A stretch of DNA of 64,000 bases from Octopus sinensis (lineage: Eukaryota). Positions 51,400 through 64,000 of this stretch are shown here, in pieces. A program made the position numbers and the translations under genes. The stretch is from contig NC_042998.1 in NCBI RefSeq assembly GCF_006345805.1, positions 75,826,001-75,890,000 on the forward strand, written 5' to 3'. Positions within the stretch are counted from its first letter, which is position 1; every line of letters starts with the position of its first letter. The notes under the pieces were generated by a model. That model worked only from the letters and a program-made list of their open reading frames with translations, had not been told where the DNA came from and ran no database searches.

Positions 51400-52270
51400 G
51401 TTACTATTGGAGAATTTTCAATGTTTCTGTTAATGAAAGCAGTAAACGTTTGGCATGAGGCTTCTAAAGAGGTGCTTATGTTCAGAATGGTCTGAAGAGT
51501 GATATTATAGTTGAAATATGTATCGTAAGAGCTAACAGCCAATTTAAGAAAAGGAAATATTCGGTGAGTATTATCGAGATCGGCGGTCACTTTAGCTGAT
51601 AGACTATCTAAAGTGGTTTGGTAGAAAACATTTAGTCTAAGATATAAGCGACACCTTGTAATTATCATTCATATTCTTGTACTTGAAATTGTTGAAGGTT
51701 TTTTCTAAGAACTATGAAAAAGGAAAAACGCTGCTTAAGCTGAAGTTCGAAAGTAAGAGAGAAAAGTGATAAAGGAGAGCAACTCACTGGTAGAGCCGGT
51801 TTTCGGAAGTCGTACAGGTGGTCACTGAGAAGAGAAGAGGGTCTCAATTCTTTACAGAATACCTTAGAACTGAGAACATTAGTGTGGTAATTTGTGCGGT
51901 TATATATGTTAACCTTCTTAAGACTGAGACACTCGATTATACATTTCCATATATTGTCGAATATAAAGAGTTTGGTTAAAATAAAACCTATATCAATAGC
52001 TCAATGAATGAGGATGATGAAAGTAAGACCTTAATCACCAGTTTACTTGTTGGCTTGAAATTATCGGAATAGTTCAGAGGAAAGTGTGACAGGTGAGCTG
52101 AAGCAACACGTTTTAGGAAGAGCTTTGCAATGTAAACGTTGAAGTAAGACCGAGAGAATACAGCGGATTTATTTGAGTGGGGGAATCATCTTGGGTATAA
52201 TGATGGGAAGAAACGTTAGGTAAAACTCTCTTATCAATGGTCCAGAAAGCTCGGTGGTAATTCAGCAGGT
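51400..52270 (-). mobile_element. Decayed CR1-like LINE fragment
   Basis: LLSDHLYDFRK (cf. LISDxQYGFRK) and other broken RT-like segments. Confidence 0.5.
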
Positions 52271-53844
52271 AAGATTTTCAAATAACATTATCTGCTTTAT
52301 GGTAACCAAATTTAAGGTAGCGTTGATTTTTCGTTTTCTTTTCGAGGGGGAGGAGTCTTTTTTTTTGCATTTTTTAGATTCGGTCATAACTGTAAAATGG
52401 TAAATTTTTGATAGGAAAGAAGGAAAAAATAAAAGTTTGTGGAATGCCATAAAATACAATTCTGGTAGAAGCTAAGTTATCTTTTAAGTTTTCTGTCTTC
52501 GTGGTAATCTCTGTAATTATCTCTGTTCACAGCAAAAGTTTCAGTACAGAGAAGACATCTTTGTAACTATTCATAGTAAAATATGCTTATAATTAGCTTT
52601 GTTTTGAATAATATACTTATAATTACATCTTCTCCTAGTTGCTCTGTAATTTTCTTTCTCTTAACAAATCAAGATCTAGTTAAAATAAATTCCAAAGTAC
52701 TTAATTGAAATATTCAATCTAACTAGATAATTATAATAATTGCATCATATATTGGTTTTGTTTTCTATAATTGTCAGGTTCCGTTATTTTTTAGTGTGAA
52801 ACATTGCTATTGCTTTCTTGCTGTCTTCAAGTTTGGATGACAAGGCCAAAAACACAACTTACAAATGTCCAAATATGCAGACCAATACGAAGTGAAGGGT
52901 TTCACTGATGAAATTAACTATTAATTTGGTTTCTTTAATTGGAAATTTTTCATTTAGCTTTCAAATGCGATTTTTCTTCTTTCTTTTTCCCAAAACCAAC
53001 TTCATGATTGAGTATTTGTTCAACGCAATAAGTCATTAACTTCACTTTCACTAATTACAAGAAACCAATTGTTGGTTTGTTTTCTTTTTCTTTACCTTTT
53101 TTAAAACCAAATGTTATTTTGCGACTAATTTTGCTTTGCATTAAAACGAACACTTTCTACTGAATAAGCATTTTTGAAAATTTACACTTCGTTCTGATAT
53201 TAGTTTATATTGTTGTTTTATTTTACTAATACTGGCAGAAGAAGAGTCATTGCTTTCAGGTTTGCTTGCCCAAGCTACACGCTATGCTTTTAATTTAAAG
53301 AAGCAAATATGCAATAATAATCTAGCGAAAACTTGATTCAATAGAATTGTTATTTCAAATCGTTTGACGATATTTACAAGAAAATAATGTTATAAAGTTT
53401 ATATAGGAAGAAAGTTTTCAAAATTCTTAGATGAAATTTTCTCATAAAGTTAATAGTTTCCTTTCACCCACAATAAGAATTTATTTAATTATATAGTATT
53501 TAAACAGGACAGATATTAAGAATATAGCAAAGAAATTAGAAATGGTAACAATCATGCGTTCTTTTTTCTAATAATACAAGTGATAATGGTCAATATAGTA
53601 ATTCCTTTGTGATTTTAAATGTATATAAAAAATTCAGATCATACTGCTCGGTTAAAAGCAGTAATATCAACATAGAGAGAGGGGGGAGAGTGAGGGAGGT
53701 AGAAAGAAACAAACAGACAGACGGACTGACAGATACGTTTATGAATCTGTTTGGCAAGATACCTGATGTGAAACCATGTGTTGAAACATATATTGATATA
53801 TTTTGGGGTGGTTATTTTTCTTTTTTTTTTGCCCAAATGAACAA

Positions 53845-54070
53845 ACGCTTTGTATATTCGTTTGTCACTCGTTTATTATTATTCTTATTTTATCTTATGT
53901 CCATTGTCTGGAAATCTTTCTAGAATGGACTAGGAGGAGCAGGAGGATACATGTGAATGGAAAGGGTCGCTGAAGAGATCACAACTGTGTGACGAAAGAC
54001 TTCCAGGCAATGAACATAAGGGAAAATAAGAACAATAATAAACGAGTGAAGAAGGAATATATAGAGCGCA
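53845..54070. mobile_element. Penelope-type pLTR fragment in inverted plus direct arrangement, with HHR motif at 53966-54009 (+)
   Basis: 53845-53920 is the reverse complement of 53990-54065. gucg-CUGAAGA-gaUCAC(aacugu)GUGAc-GAAAGACUUC. Homologous to 1045-1190. Confidence 0.7.
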
Positions 54071-54074
54071 AGCT

Positions 54075-54290
54075 TATTTGGCAAAAAATAAATAAGCCAA
54101 CCATGTAGATCTCTATGGTTACCTGGAAGGATGTTGAACAATTGCGGGTCCTTGAAACCCAGACTATTGCAGTACTGTGTCCTTATTTTAGATGGGGAAG
54201 ATGGGATCTTTGGTATGATGCAGTGCCGTCCAGTTCGAGGATTGGTATAGCTGTCAATTCTAAAATTAGGAGCTAAACGCTCCAAGATCT
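54075..54290 (-). mobile_element. CR1/L2 3' fragment (same family as 33090-33620)
   Basis: LAPNFRIDSYTNPRTGRHC...CNSLGFKDPQLFNILP. Confidence 0.75.
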
Positions 54291-54773
54291 TCCAAGTATA
54301 TATTCTTACTGAACCCGAACGGTTTCTACTTCAAAGGGATCTTGATTTATGACTCTACCACTTAAACTGTCTTTTTTACTCTATCCATAAAAGATAGATT
54401 CTAGTTTCCTTTAGACTTGATAAACTAGACTATAAAATTAACCCCCCTCCCCAGTAATAAATCTAAATAACAAAGTAAAATCAATTATAAGCAGCGTCTT
54501 CCTGTGAAAAAATATCAGTTACTACTGATATTGTTGATGAAACTTGTCCTTTGTCTATCTACTTATCCACTTTGTGATTTTGGTTAATACAATAACTATA
54601 CAAATGAATCCTTTGAATTTAACTAAATTCTATATTTTTATGCAGCTGAAGATTGCTCTACATTTTAAAACTGATGTAATATTTTCATTGTTCAATTAAA
54701 TGGAGTCGCATGAAACGATCGTACTGCATTACCTCTGGATATCCTTGTTGCTTATTTTGATTATATATATATA

Positions 54774-55465
54774 TTAATACGAATCCCAATCTCCTATTAT
54801 TAATTAATATATATATATATATATATATATTAATTAATAATAGGAGATTGGGATTCGTATTAATTTTTTTTTAGGCATAGCATATGTTTCGACCCATGAG
54901 TCTGGGTCTCTTCAGGTACACTGATAAAAAAAAGTCTCACTAGAGATTTTTAGAGTCGGCTGGCTTGTTGTTATAGGCCCATCAAGTTGGGGAATGAATA
55001 AAAGCAAATAATATTATAGAAACGCTAAAAATCCAAATATGAACATGGAAATCATGCATCGGCCGATATTTCCAAAAATCGGTATCGTAACCACATTGCC
55101 AGCTTTCGAAAAATCATTAAAAGACATGTAACATCACTGGCTGAGTTATCTGGAGGCTCAAGGAAGAGAAGACAAAATGTAACCTGACCTCGTCCATAAT
55201 TAGACATGCAAGTCTAATACATTATAACACATTATCCTGGAAATGCCAGCTATATTCCGAAGAGTCGCTCTCAATATTGTTAATAAAAGAGCGCATTATA
55301 AACAGAATTACGGAACAATTAACCAGGTGCCTGCCTACAGCTAAGCACGAATTTACATTCTACAATCAAACCATACCTAATTTCCCCCTGCATTAAAACC
55401 TTCTATACTAAAAAAGGAACAGTATCCGAATAACATGTATTAAGACATGTAACTTTAGAATCCAG

Positions 55466-55504
<39 letters not shown>

Positions 55505-56600
55505 TGTATGTATATGTATGTGTGTATATGTGTATGCATGTATATATGAATATATGTATATATATATGTTTTGCAAACAACTTGCACATGCAAGTGCTAC
55601 CAGTCGAGAACTCTGCATACCGAAAGCCAGCAAGTGTATGGAGTCATCAGGAGAGAATGCGCGCCGTTTTGAGGGCCTCCTTCTCGACGACATCAATGCG
55701 CACCGGTCCCCTTCACTGGTATGCTAGATCAACTGGTTATTAAATACAGCTCAATATTCTTCTAGCCATCGTTCATCGTCTCTTTTTAGCCAAACCCAGT
55801 GGCTAGCTTTTTCCATTGTAGTTTGGATATCGGTCATGGTGGTATTTACTTTACGATGAGTTAGGCCTAACGATAACAACAGTCGTCTCACACTGTGTCC
55901 AACAAACCCTCTACATCCGACTTCGATTGGAAAATGCTCCGCTTTCCAGCCTACGTCTTCACATTCTTCGAGGAGGCTTACATAACGGTCGTTCTTTCGA
56001 ACCCGTGTGTATAATGCGAGTGTGTATATGTGTTTGTCTTCGTGTGTGGGTGTATATATCTGGGTCTATGCACGTATCTCTATGCATTTTTATGTATGTG
56101 TGTATATGTATGTATGTGTATATGCACATGTGTACCTACATATACGAGTGTGTAGATATGCATATCCATATATGTATGTGTATGTATATATATGTGTGTG
56201 TGTAGATGTATATGTGTGTGTGTGTATATGCACTACCTGTCTAAATATTAACCTTCTTGTCTAAGTAATAATCTACTTGTCTAAGTATTAATCTTCCTTT
56301 CTCCTACTTTCTTTTTCCTCTAAGCAGTTATGACTGCGAAAGCTGATTAGGTCATTTTATCTAAACTGGAACGCATGATTTCCATGTTCATATTTGAAGT
56401 TTTAGCGTATTTTTTAATATTATTTGCTTTTATTCATTCCCGAACTCGATGGGCATATAACAACAAGCCAGCCAACACTAAAAGTTTCTAGTAAGACTTC
56501 TTTATCAATGTATCTGAAGAGACCCAGGCTAATGGGTCGAAACATATGTTGTACCTAATAAAAGTCTAATACGAAACCCATCTCCTACTATTGATTTATA
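54774..56600 (+). mobile_element. Decayed Penelope-like element: inverted pLTR (54822-54990), GIY-YIG C-terminal remnant (~55040-55340), direct pLTR (56440-56600)
   Basis: KNRYRNHIASFRK...TSLAE...CQL-SEESLSI endonuclease-like translation; pLTR copies are reverse complements of each other. Confidence 0.7.
56510..56554 (+). ncRNA. Minimal type I hammerhead
   Basis: GUAU-CUGAAGA-GACCCA(ggcuaa)UGGGUC-GAA-AC(auau)GU-U/GUAC. The inverted copy at 54874-54920 has U16.1 mutated. Confidence 0.75.
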
Positions 56601-56830
56601 TTATTATCCTAACTGCCACTGCGGAGTTTCTGAAGTAGATCCAAAGGAAGTGTACCACAACTGCGGATGACAACAGGTAGCCTAAACTTTGCCAATGCTC
56701 TACTAAACATTTAAACACACTAATCCAATTATACGCGTTTGTCTAAATTATTATTATTATGGCTATTATTATTATTATTATATATGTATGTGTGTGTGTA
56801 TACACTCACACACACACACATACATATATA

Positions 56831-56886
<56 letters not shown>

Positions 56887-57149
56887 ATTTAGATTCAGTT
56901 GGATTAGATACTTAAATTGAGGCACCATGTTAGGACGAATTCATTTGTACACTCGGACAATATTAGATGATTATCAAACTCTGTGTTATCAAACACAGAA
57001 TTTTTCCACCCGATAGTCATGCAATGTATGCAGATAGCACGATCCAACTAAGTGAATAAACCCGTTCCTGTTTTTTCAGACATATACTTTATATAAAGAA
57101 ACTTTCCAAATACTTCCGAAGTGCAGATTCCAGGGTAGGTGGGTAAAAT

Positions 57150-57597
57150 GAGTAAAATATGAGTAACAAAGATATATAAGTTTCAATTCATTACGGCCGT
57201 TTCGAGCGACTCCTTTAATTGATCAAAGACAGTATTGCATCATTACAAAGAAAACCGTTCTCATCAGATGACTGCATAGACTTCAAGCATAAAGGACAAG
57301 CTAGATATTTAAACATATTCATATCATCAATAGAGAGCAAATATTTACAATGATTCCACTGCTAGATTTTTTGTCAGAATGAAAACGGGGCAGTACCAGA
57401 CCATGCTAATTTCTAGTTTGTCTGTGGCTGTACTATTCTTTTTTCATTCTGCCAAAAAGTTAGCAGCGGAATCTATGCAATCATCTGACAAGAACAGTTT
57501 TCTTTGTAATGATGTAATGCTTTCATTGATCAATTAAAGGAGTTACTCGAAACGGCCGTAACGAATTGTAACTTATACATTTTTGTAACTCATATAT
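57150..57597. repeat. ~450 bp imperfect palindrome of an HHR-bearing repeat
   Basis: 57150-57283 versus 57468-57597, plus an inner pair gctagatttttgtcagaatgaaaa / ttttcattctgccaaaaagttagc. Confidence 0.85.
57188..57271 (-). ncRNA. Type I hammerhead with long stem II
   Basis: UCAU-CUGAUGA-GAACGGUUUUCUUU...AAAGGAGUCGCUC-GAA-AC(ggcc)GU-A/AUGA. The plus copy 57481-57564 has a G8A core change. Confidence 0.75.
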
Positions 57598-57699
57598 ATA
57601 TATATAGGAAGAGTTTACAAAAAAAACAAAAGATTAAGATCGTTAGCCACTACACACATTTTTTTCTCTCCTTGTTTCTCTCCTTGTTTTTTTTTCTGT

Positions 57700-57741
57700 G
57701 TCCCTTTCTGTAGAAGAGCGTAGGCTCGAAACGTAAAAGAC
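57700..57741 (+). ncRNA. Minimal hammerhead-like motif lacking a stem III loop, A6U variant
   Basis: gucccUUU-CUGUAGA-a-GAGC(guag)GCUC-GAA-ACGU-A/AAAGac; within a repeat at 57607-57790. Confidence 0.5.
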
Positions 57742-57831
57742 TTTTTCTATTCTTGAGCGTTATACTAATACATCTGTTTGTCTTGTACACCACCTGTCTT
57801 CGTCTTTACGATTCCTGGCGGAATATATATA

Positions 57832-58019
57832 TTAAAGGGAAATTGACAACAAAACCAAGGCAAGACGAGTATCTCGGGTCTCCTGGGATATCCTAAAAAT
57901 AGCTTTAGACATTAATTACTCTTTCTTCTCCATTTTTAGATTCACCTCACTCTAATTAAATATTGTAAATGAAATGAGATACTCGTCCTATCTTGGTTTT
58001 GTTGTCCCTTTTCCTTTAA
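57832..58019. repeat. Imperfect inverted repeat (~43 bp arms, MITE-like)
   Basis: gacaacaaaaccaaggcaagacgagtatctc / gagatactcgtcctatcttggttttgttgtc. Confidence 0.8.
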
Positions 58020-58164
58020 CATTACCTGCAAACTCGGAAGCCTACTACAGATCCCTCGCTCCAGCCTCAACTGTGAACTTGGAACCTAACGGATGACCAA
58101 TTATAGCCCTTATATTTATATGACATAGTACACTATATATATATAGTATTAATTACTAAGAAGG

Positions 58165-58715
58165 ACACACTATTTCGTTTTGCAAACATGATATACTACT
58201 AATTTTGTTAAAGCTTTACAAGTGAATACTGTATTTTATTTTTGTGCTAGCAGTGCAATATTCTCACTTTAAAGTTTATTTCTATAGATATTCTATAGAA
58301 TCCAGAGCCAGCACTGCAAGTTTTGTATACGAATACATTTATAATGTGATCGAAGATAGAAAAAATAAGCAATGGGAGTCATTGCTCTTTCATCAGCACC
58401 ACATCCAACACATCAGCTATCCACGAGTACTTTGCTTAAATACCCACAAATGTTTAGCGGTATAACAGAATTTGATAGACCACTTTACATATTTAACACA
58501 TTCCTTGCAGCTGGTACGCACATATTAATTGCTAGCTACGACACCGTATTTCGTTTTGCAAACATAATATACTGCCAAGTATATTAAATGTTTATAAGTT
58601 GTGTTAGTAGTGCGATAATCTCACTTTTAAGTTTATTTCTATAGATTTTCCATAGACTCCAGTGCCAGCACGGCATGTTGCAACGTTTCATATACGAATA
58701 CATCTATCTAAACAA
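58165..58715. repeat. Old direct duplication, period ~375 bp
   Basis: tatttcgttttgcaaacat...tctcacttt..agtttatttctataga...gccagcac...tatacgaatacat occurs twice. Confidence 0.75.
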
Positions 58716-58884
58716 TACAATCGAAGACTGAAAGAGTAGGTAGTGGATGTTCATGCATATTTCAAGAGTTATTGCTGTTTTTTCTTTCCTCTAGACTTTA
58801 TGTATTTGGTACAATACAGTATATATGATATAGTGCAGTATAATTGGCATAACTTACATACGATATAGTACACTATATTCTTTC

Positions 58885-59175
58885 ACTCCGTCGATTACGA
58901 CGATGAGTGTTCCAGTTGATCCAAATAACGTACAAGTTGTTGAACACTCCACAAATATGCATACTCTTAACTTAGTTCTCAGGGAGATTCAGCGTAACAA
59001 TATGACAAGGCTGGCCTTTTAAATTACATGTGTAACTCATTTTTGCTAGCTGAGTGAACTGGAGCAACGTGAAATAAAGTGTTTTGCTCGAGGATACAGC
59101 GCTCCGCCAGGAATCAAACTCACGGCTTCCCGATCGAGAGCGGAACACCCTAACCACTTAGCCACGTACCTTCAC
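58885..59175 (-). mobile_element. CORE-type tRNA SINE
   Basis: Homologous to 47310-47626. Confidence 0.75.
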
Positions 59176-60989
59176 AGTACAGTTTACATGGTAGAGAACA
59201 ATATATATGGTATAGTATATTATATATGATATGGTACACACTAACAGTGTAGGTATCATGAATGAAGTTGAAGCAAACTGGGGATGCTGTTTTATCAATA
59301 CATATAGCTTGAGAAGTAGTAAGTAGCAAGAATCGTCAAAACTAGAACGGGACCTCTTAACTTGATAAAGGAAAGAAACTGCAAACAACACGATGTACGA
59401 AAACAACCGTTATATTTCTTATGGTCATTTGCAGAACACCGCAATCCTAGAATGTGATATAATTGTAAATCTCAGTGCCTGAGTTTTGATGTAATAACTT
59501 ATTACAGAAATAATTACGTATATGTGTGATCATAAATTCTTGATACCATTCTGCAATATCCGTTGTTCCACGGCAAATGAAAGAGTTAAATATGATATTA
59601 AACATTACCAGAACAACTGACAATGGCCGTTACACGACTTTCTATTGTTTCATTAATGTCTTAAAGACAAAAGAAATTTAAAGCAATGTACTACGCATGA
59701 CTAACATTAAATCAGTAAGGATTCTGAAAGAGAAGTGTATTCATCTTAAAATTCCGATGGGAAACCAATTCTGATAAAATGTTTCTAAGAAACTTATAAT
59801 AACTAGACAACTTCAATGATTGGGGTGTCAGTAAGAATATTGGAATGTTTTTCACTTTTATCCATGAAACAATAAAACTATAGCATTTCACATTATTGTT
59901 AATAATATTCAACTAAATTTGAGCAAGGGAATACTTATCGTCCATTAACCTGAGAGGGGAATTTTATGGCGCATACGTTTCAACTTATTTAAAAGTAGCA
60001 AGCCATGTAAAACAAGAAATTAACTTATTAACTTTATAAACCAACAAGATTAAAAGATAACATCAGCAATTAAATTTCAATATCGTTTTGTTGAAGATGG
60101 TACGTTGATTTGTCTGACATATGTAATACTAATGTGGTTAAAGATAAATATTTTTCTTTAATTAGTTAGTCTAATGAGAAGGGTCAGTGACATTGGCTTC
60201 CGTAGATCCTCAAGACTAGTGAGATAAACGTGATTGAAGTTCGATTTGGACATATTTAGATTAATGTCTAGATTGAAATGAGGGAGAACAAAGAAATTTG
60301 TTATATGAATAAATATTCTAACTGGTTATCAAGCAGAGAGAGAAACTGAAGGTGAGAAGGCGGTGGTTGTTTAAGATTGTTTCCATCTCCGAGTGATACG
60401 TTAATACAAATACAATTAGGTCTCATATAGGGAGATGCAAAACTCACCTTTTAACATATATGTAATTTTAGACAAAAACCTTCTCTATGGTTACTTAAAA
60501 TACCAAAAACAACAAGCAAGGAAGATGACTTCAATAAGATCAATAAATTAAGTTTTGCAGTTGGGAATACCACGTGAGAATGGTTTGGTTTTAAAACCAA
60601 CTGGTGAAAGCAATGACATGTTACGATACAGTTAAACCTCCTCAATCAAGCATATTCTACTCAGTTGACAAGACCAAGAGTCATTAATGTATATATGCTT
60701 ATACATGTGTGTGTTTACGCAAATAAGTGTGTGTGCATGTGTTTGTGCGTAAGGATGTAGTAAATAGGAATTATATGGATGAAGAAAATATATTAATGGA
60801 TCGTTCCGATATTGATAGTTGCTAACTAGTATTGTCAGGGGACGTGCCGGTCTCTTGAAGTAGACTTTTCTATATCTTTCATTGACTGGGATAATTCCTC
60901 CAAAAAAAAAAACAGAAATGTTTAAATATTTAGCGTAAATGATGACCCTCCTGGAACGTAGTTCCTAAATAATGGGAGAAGCAACATTA

Positions 60990-62110
60990 GACCCGGTCAC
61001 TTTATTTAGTCAGAGCAATTGAAAACATTTTCACACGTAACAAATGTATGTACGAAGGAGAGCAGACACTTACCAATAGAGGCAAAACAACTTTAGCTCT
61101 CTTACCAAAGGCCAAAGTCTCAATACGGCACACAATTTAGGGCCATAAAATTAAAGTATTATTAAAATTCTTCTAACAAAAAATTACAGCAATGATAAAT
61201 GAAAAACTAAGTTATCTTCACATTGGTTTTAGACCAGGAATGGAAAATGAAGGGATATTTAACCTAAGAATAACATGCGCAAGAGCTCTGGACATGAGAC
61301 ATTTACGTATGTTTTATAAACTATACAAAGATATTTGACTGAGAAAAGCATGGAATGATAATCGACTCTCTATCAAAACTTAGGATGTGTGATAAAGGCT
61401 AAGAACTTAATAAGAAATTGCAGAGAATATGGAATAAAGAAAGGAATCTGACAAGACTATGTACTATCCTCTGGCGTATTTAACCTCTCCCTGAGAAGAT
61501 TTTCAGACAAGATGAAGACATGCCAGGAATGTCAATAGGAGGTTTAGACGTCAACAGCTTTAGATTTGTAAATGATTCTTCCTTATTAACTTTCAAAAAA
61601 GATAGCCTGCAGAAACTTGTAACTGCTGTTAACAAGTGAACGTCTTATGGAATGGAAATGAATGTAAAGAAAACAAAATCAGTGGTAATCAGTAAGAATC
61701 AAAAGTCACTAACAATAAAGTTTCGGGTATATACGCAATTAGAAACGGAAAATGTGAAGCAGAAATCAAATGAAGGATTGAAATGGCTAGAAAGTCGTTT
61801 AAAAATTTGCTAAATATATAACATCAAGAAACGTTAGTATGGGAACCAGATTATCAAAATATTATATAAGGTCTGGTGTGCTATATGAAACTGTAGTTTT
61901 TGACATATGAACATATGGATAACATTTGATAATATGGATAAGACACAAAACCAATGAGGAAGTGTTCAAAATGACAAAAACCAAAGAAAATTTTATTAGA
62001 CACAATAAAAGACAAATCTAAAATATTTTGAAAACGTCATTAGGGAAAAATAGTATACAGAAGCTGAAAGCAAGATGAATGGTAAGAGAGGAAACCGAGA
62101 ATAATGTGGA
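60990..62110 (+). mobile_element. Decayed RTE-clade LINE RT region
   Basis: KVLLKILL...HIGFRPGM...GIFNLRI, VLSSGVFNL, NSFRFVNDSSLL, YGMEMNVKKTKSVVISK in broken frames. Confidence 0.7.
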
Positions 62111-62536
62111 TCGATAATATCAAGAAGGGAGGTGACTTAAAACACAGGGAATGTATAAGGACAGTAAAAGAAAAATCGAGATTGCAATCCATAATGTTGT
62201 ACCTGATGGATCCGTACGATACAGCAGCAGTATCAGAAGCAGAGCAGCAGCAACAGGAGTAAAAGATGACAGTTTGGAAAGGATTTTATTATACAGTGTG
62301 GAATTGGAAGAAAAATTGGCAGCAAATGGAGTGATTATCTCAGTGGACCTACAGTTTCTAAAGCAGTTTTGTGAGTTCATAATCTCACTGAATTAAAGCG
62401 TCAAAATAATACTAGGTTTGTCTTGTTTTAATTTTCCTAATTCAAAAAGTAGATATATTCAAGTTGTATATGAATTTGTTACTGTGTTATTAACAATTTT
62501 ACAAATAAGTTTGTCTATCTTAATAATCTGAAGCAA

Positions 62537-62735
62537 GGTGACGAGCTGGCAGTATCGTTAACACACTGGACAAAATCCTTACCAGAATATTATACATTTT
62601 GAGTTCAAATTCCGCCTAGGTCGAATTTTCATTTCATCCTTCCTAGGTCGATAAAATAAGTGCCAACAGAGCACTTGGATCGATGTAATCAACTAGCCCC
62701 TCACCCAAATTTCATGCCTTGTGCCTATAGTAGTA
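62537..62735 (+). mobile_element. Meta-domain tRNA SINE (older variant)
   Basis: ggtgacgagctggcagtatcgttaac...gagttcaaattccgcc...tcatccttcctaggtcgataaaataagt. Confidence 0.75.
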
Positions 62736-64000
62736 AGGATTAATATTCTCAAGTGAATTTTACTGGCCTTTCCTAAACGCTATTTTTAATTTTTCTTTTT
62801 TCTTAATTGTTACCAATGTACGCTAAAGAAAACAACGAGAAATCTGTGAACTCTTCCAGAAAATATTTTGCTGCAATTGTTGTTGAAACTTTCTGTTAGT
62901 CATTTATTCCATTGTTAAGATTTCATCCAACAGACATCTGCACGTATAACTTCTTAACTGTATGAGTATAATAAAATTCAGTGTGTATCATTAAAAAAAT
63001 TGTTGGAGTAAACAAGTTATCTAGTAGGTTGCTGTTGATTTTCTAAGAACTCAAAATATTCACTTGTATTCCAGAAACCTTATATCTTACAACCATCGAA
63101 TCATAAATGCCGCTAACTTCACAATTTAATTTGTAAAATCTAAAGTAAATCGTTTAGAAATTTTGTTGCTGGGAGGACAAATAAACGATAACCAGTGCGT
63201 TAGTTCGATTTGTGTATCATAGCTTGACATAGCACCTCTTTTCTCTTCCTATCATCGATATTGCAGAGACAGTTCTCAGGGATTTGGGACTTGAAACATA
63301 GTCGATAAGTTTGATCAGCAAAAGCGGAGCTACTTCAAAATCTCGTTAGAGAAGCCAAATCTTTCATATACTATAGCATGTTAACCGAGAAAAGAAGGAA
63401 CAAACTTCAACATCTTCACTAGTGCAAACAATTAGCTGACTATTCAAATTCCTAAAGTGAGAAAATCATCAAATAAGAAACATACGAAATGCTTATCTTA
63501 GCCATGCAATAGAAGATATGGCTATGCATCAAATGTAATTCAACTCCAATTTCTTCATTAAATGAATTGCAATTGTTGGTTGTCAAACTTGTAATGAATT
63601 CTGTGGTGTAGAGTCACGAATCCATTCTGGTCTGCATATGCTTCAACAACCATCAAAGCCTTTAATCATTTATAATGTTTTGTTTTAAAAAAAAACGAAA
63701 GCAATATACTCGAGATACTAAACTTTACTCCAAGCAACTAAACACTACATTGTGTTATATATTTACATCAAACTACAGCTTGTCTGAGAAGATAACTATG
63801 AACTGTTCTCAAGATTTATCAACTACGTCAGTGTCGTTAAGATATTAATATCCCCGAGCTTAGACGAGAGGGATTATTGAAGACTAACAACAACTAAACA
63901 TCTAGATTATGCGCGTATACTATCATATGTTTAAAACTGTTGCATAATTTTGTGTGTAACACAACTCTTAACTTGTAAATCATACAGGGAAAAAGATTTG

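Noticed and set aside
52900-52935. CUGAUGA followed by an AT hairpin, near a putative splice acceptor at ~52787
   Set aside because: No GAAA follows, and the putative exon gives only a short peptide with no supporting donor site or homology
62120-62396. Overlapping ORFs on both strands with non-repetitive sequence
   Set aside because: No recognisable domain or splice structure; likely a retroelement relic

Overview
AT-rich, repeat-dominated eukaryotic genomic DNA, most likely from an octopus or other cephalopod (inferred from SINE families that match my recollection of octopus tRNA-derived SINEs and from dense (TA)n/(TACA)n microsatellites). I found no convincing host protein-coding exon, rRNA, tRNA gene or CRISPR array. 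Most supplied ORFs are microsatellite artefacts or dead transposon fragments. The window contains several mariner/Tc1/maT remnants, CR1-, RTE- and R4/Dong-type LINE fragments, many SINEs, a Helentron-type non-autonomous element and at least five Penelope-like (GIY-YIG) remnants. The most notable signal is about ten unrelated repeat families that each carry a type I hammerhead ribozyme (HHR) motif. These include ORF-less ~455-507 bp tandem and inverted units resembling retrozymes or circRNA templates, and two HHRs with compensatory swaps of the 3-8 core pair (G3:C8 and U3:A8). Most are arranged head-to-head with their 3' ends in (TA)n tracts. All folds were parsed by eye, nothing was tested for activity, and boundaries of old elements are approximate.
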